In this document: piece after piece, positions 32,811 to 33,272 of the stretch
Layout of the letters: each line of letters opens with the position of its first letter
Position numbering within the stretch: position 1 is the first letter of the stretch
Source of the DNA: a virus
Taxonomy: Duplodnaviria; Caudoviricetes
Virus record (IMG/VR): IMGVR_UViG_3300049044_000064
Coordinates: 1-33,272 of that record
Length of the DNA stretch: 33,272 nt
Strand: one strand, 5' to 3'
Program-made: the position numbers and the translations under genes
Notes under the pieces: model-generated
Seen by the model: the letters and a program-made list of their open reading frames with translations, nothing else
What the model was told of the DNA's origin: nothing
The model's database searches: none

Positions 32811-33272
32811 GCTTCCCCCTCCTTCAAGGGTGCCCCGGGATTGGCGGGAGGTGGCCATAATGAAATGTCCGAGGCCATGTTTTCGTCGCATTCTTCCTCC
32901 AAAAGCCAACAATCGCACCGCTCGCCATGCACCCTCCAATTGCATTCGCTGTCGTGCCGCTGATCGAAAACGACATCTTTTCCCGAGGGTGAGGGCTTGG
33001 ACGAACCCCCTCCAATTTCCTCGGCTTTCTCGGACATTCTGCGATTCACTTCCAGTTGGATTTCCTTCGCTCCAATCACATCCAGGTGTGAGGCTGGGGC
33101 CGTGGGGACGGGGACAAGGGTGCGGGCCAAAAGCGTTTGGAGTTCATCATGGGGCACCAAGACGGCTTTTTCGCCGTTGATTTCCCAGCCTTGGCCCATG
33201 TTGTTGCAATGGAGAATCGCATCCCGCAAGGCTTCCACCGCCTCCCTCACTTCCAAGGGGGAGGCGATGGCG
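32807..33272 (-). CDS. Modular hypothetical early protein, probably 5'-truncated by the window edge
   Basis: The frame is open to the window edge upstream of TTG 33256; HDSEC...CDC motif. Confidence 0.6.
   Translation of the reverse strand, partial: AIASPLEVREAVEALRDAILHCNNMGQGWEINGEKAVLVPHDELQTLLARTLVPVPTAPASHLDVIGAKEIQLEVNRRMSEKAEEIGGGSSKPSPSGKDVVFDQRHDSECNWRVHGERCDCWLLEEECDENMASDISLWPPPANPGAPLKEGEA

Larger units (their letters stand above)
1..33272. mobile_element. Temperate siphovirus-type phage/prophage with Mu-like head genes (incomplete in window)
   Basis: Terminase, portal, protease, capsid, tail tube, tape measure, tailspike, repressor and small early ORFs fill the window. No host core genes were recognised, and ORFs run off both edges. 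Confidence 0.95.

Noticed and set aside
29619-33262. 13-bp inverted match TCCCCCTTGGAAG (29619-29631) / CTTCCAAGGGGGA (33250-33262)
   Set aside because: Several 13-mer matches are expected by chance in 33 kb of GC-rich DNA; both lie inside ORFs and not at module boundaries.

Overview
The whole 33.3-kb window reads as one temperate tailed-phage element with no recognisable host housekeeping genes. It has Mu-family head genes (DUF935 portal, gpF, gpG, gpI-type protease/scaffold, gp36, gp37, Mor-family activator), a non-Mu Terminase_6-type terminase and a non-contractile tail (tube, frameshifted chaperones, 733-aa tape measure, Dit-like protein, hub, beta-helix tailspike). The late genes are split into two divergent arms around 18554-18715. 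The right arm opens with a six-gene module of uncharacterised all-beta, lectin-like and 21-aa-repeat proteins that looks like a second virion appendage. That arm is bracketed by an 8-bp inverted repeat (TTATGACG) sitting at the protease and Mor start codons, and inverting it would restore the canonical Mu order portal-F-G-I. An XRE/RHH genetic switch and cargo genes (a secreted protein and an FAD oxidoreductase) lie at the left. A modular early operon with a DUF4942-like/adenine methyltransferase runs off the left edge and appears to re-enter from the right edge. No integrase, transposase, replication initiator or endolysin was recognised. All family assignments come from motif recognition by eye, not from database searches.
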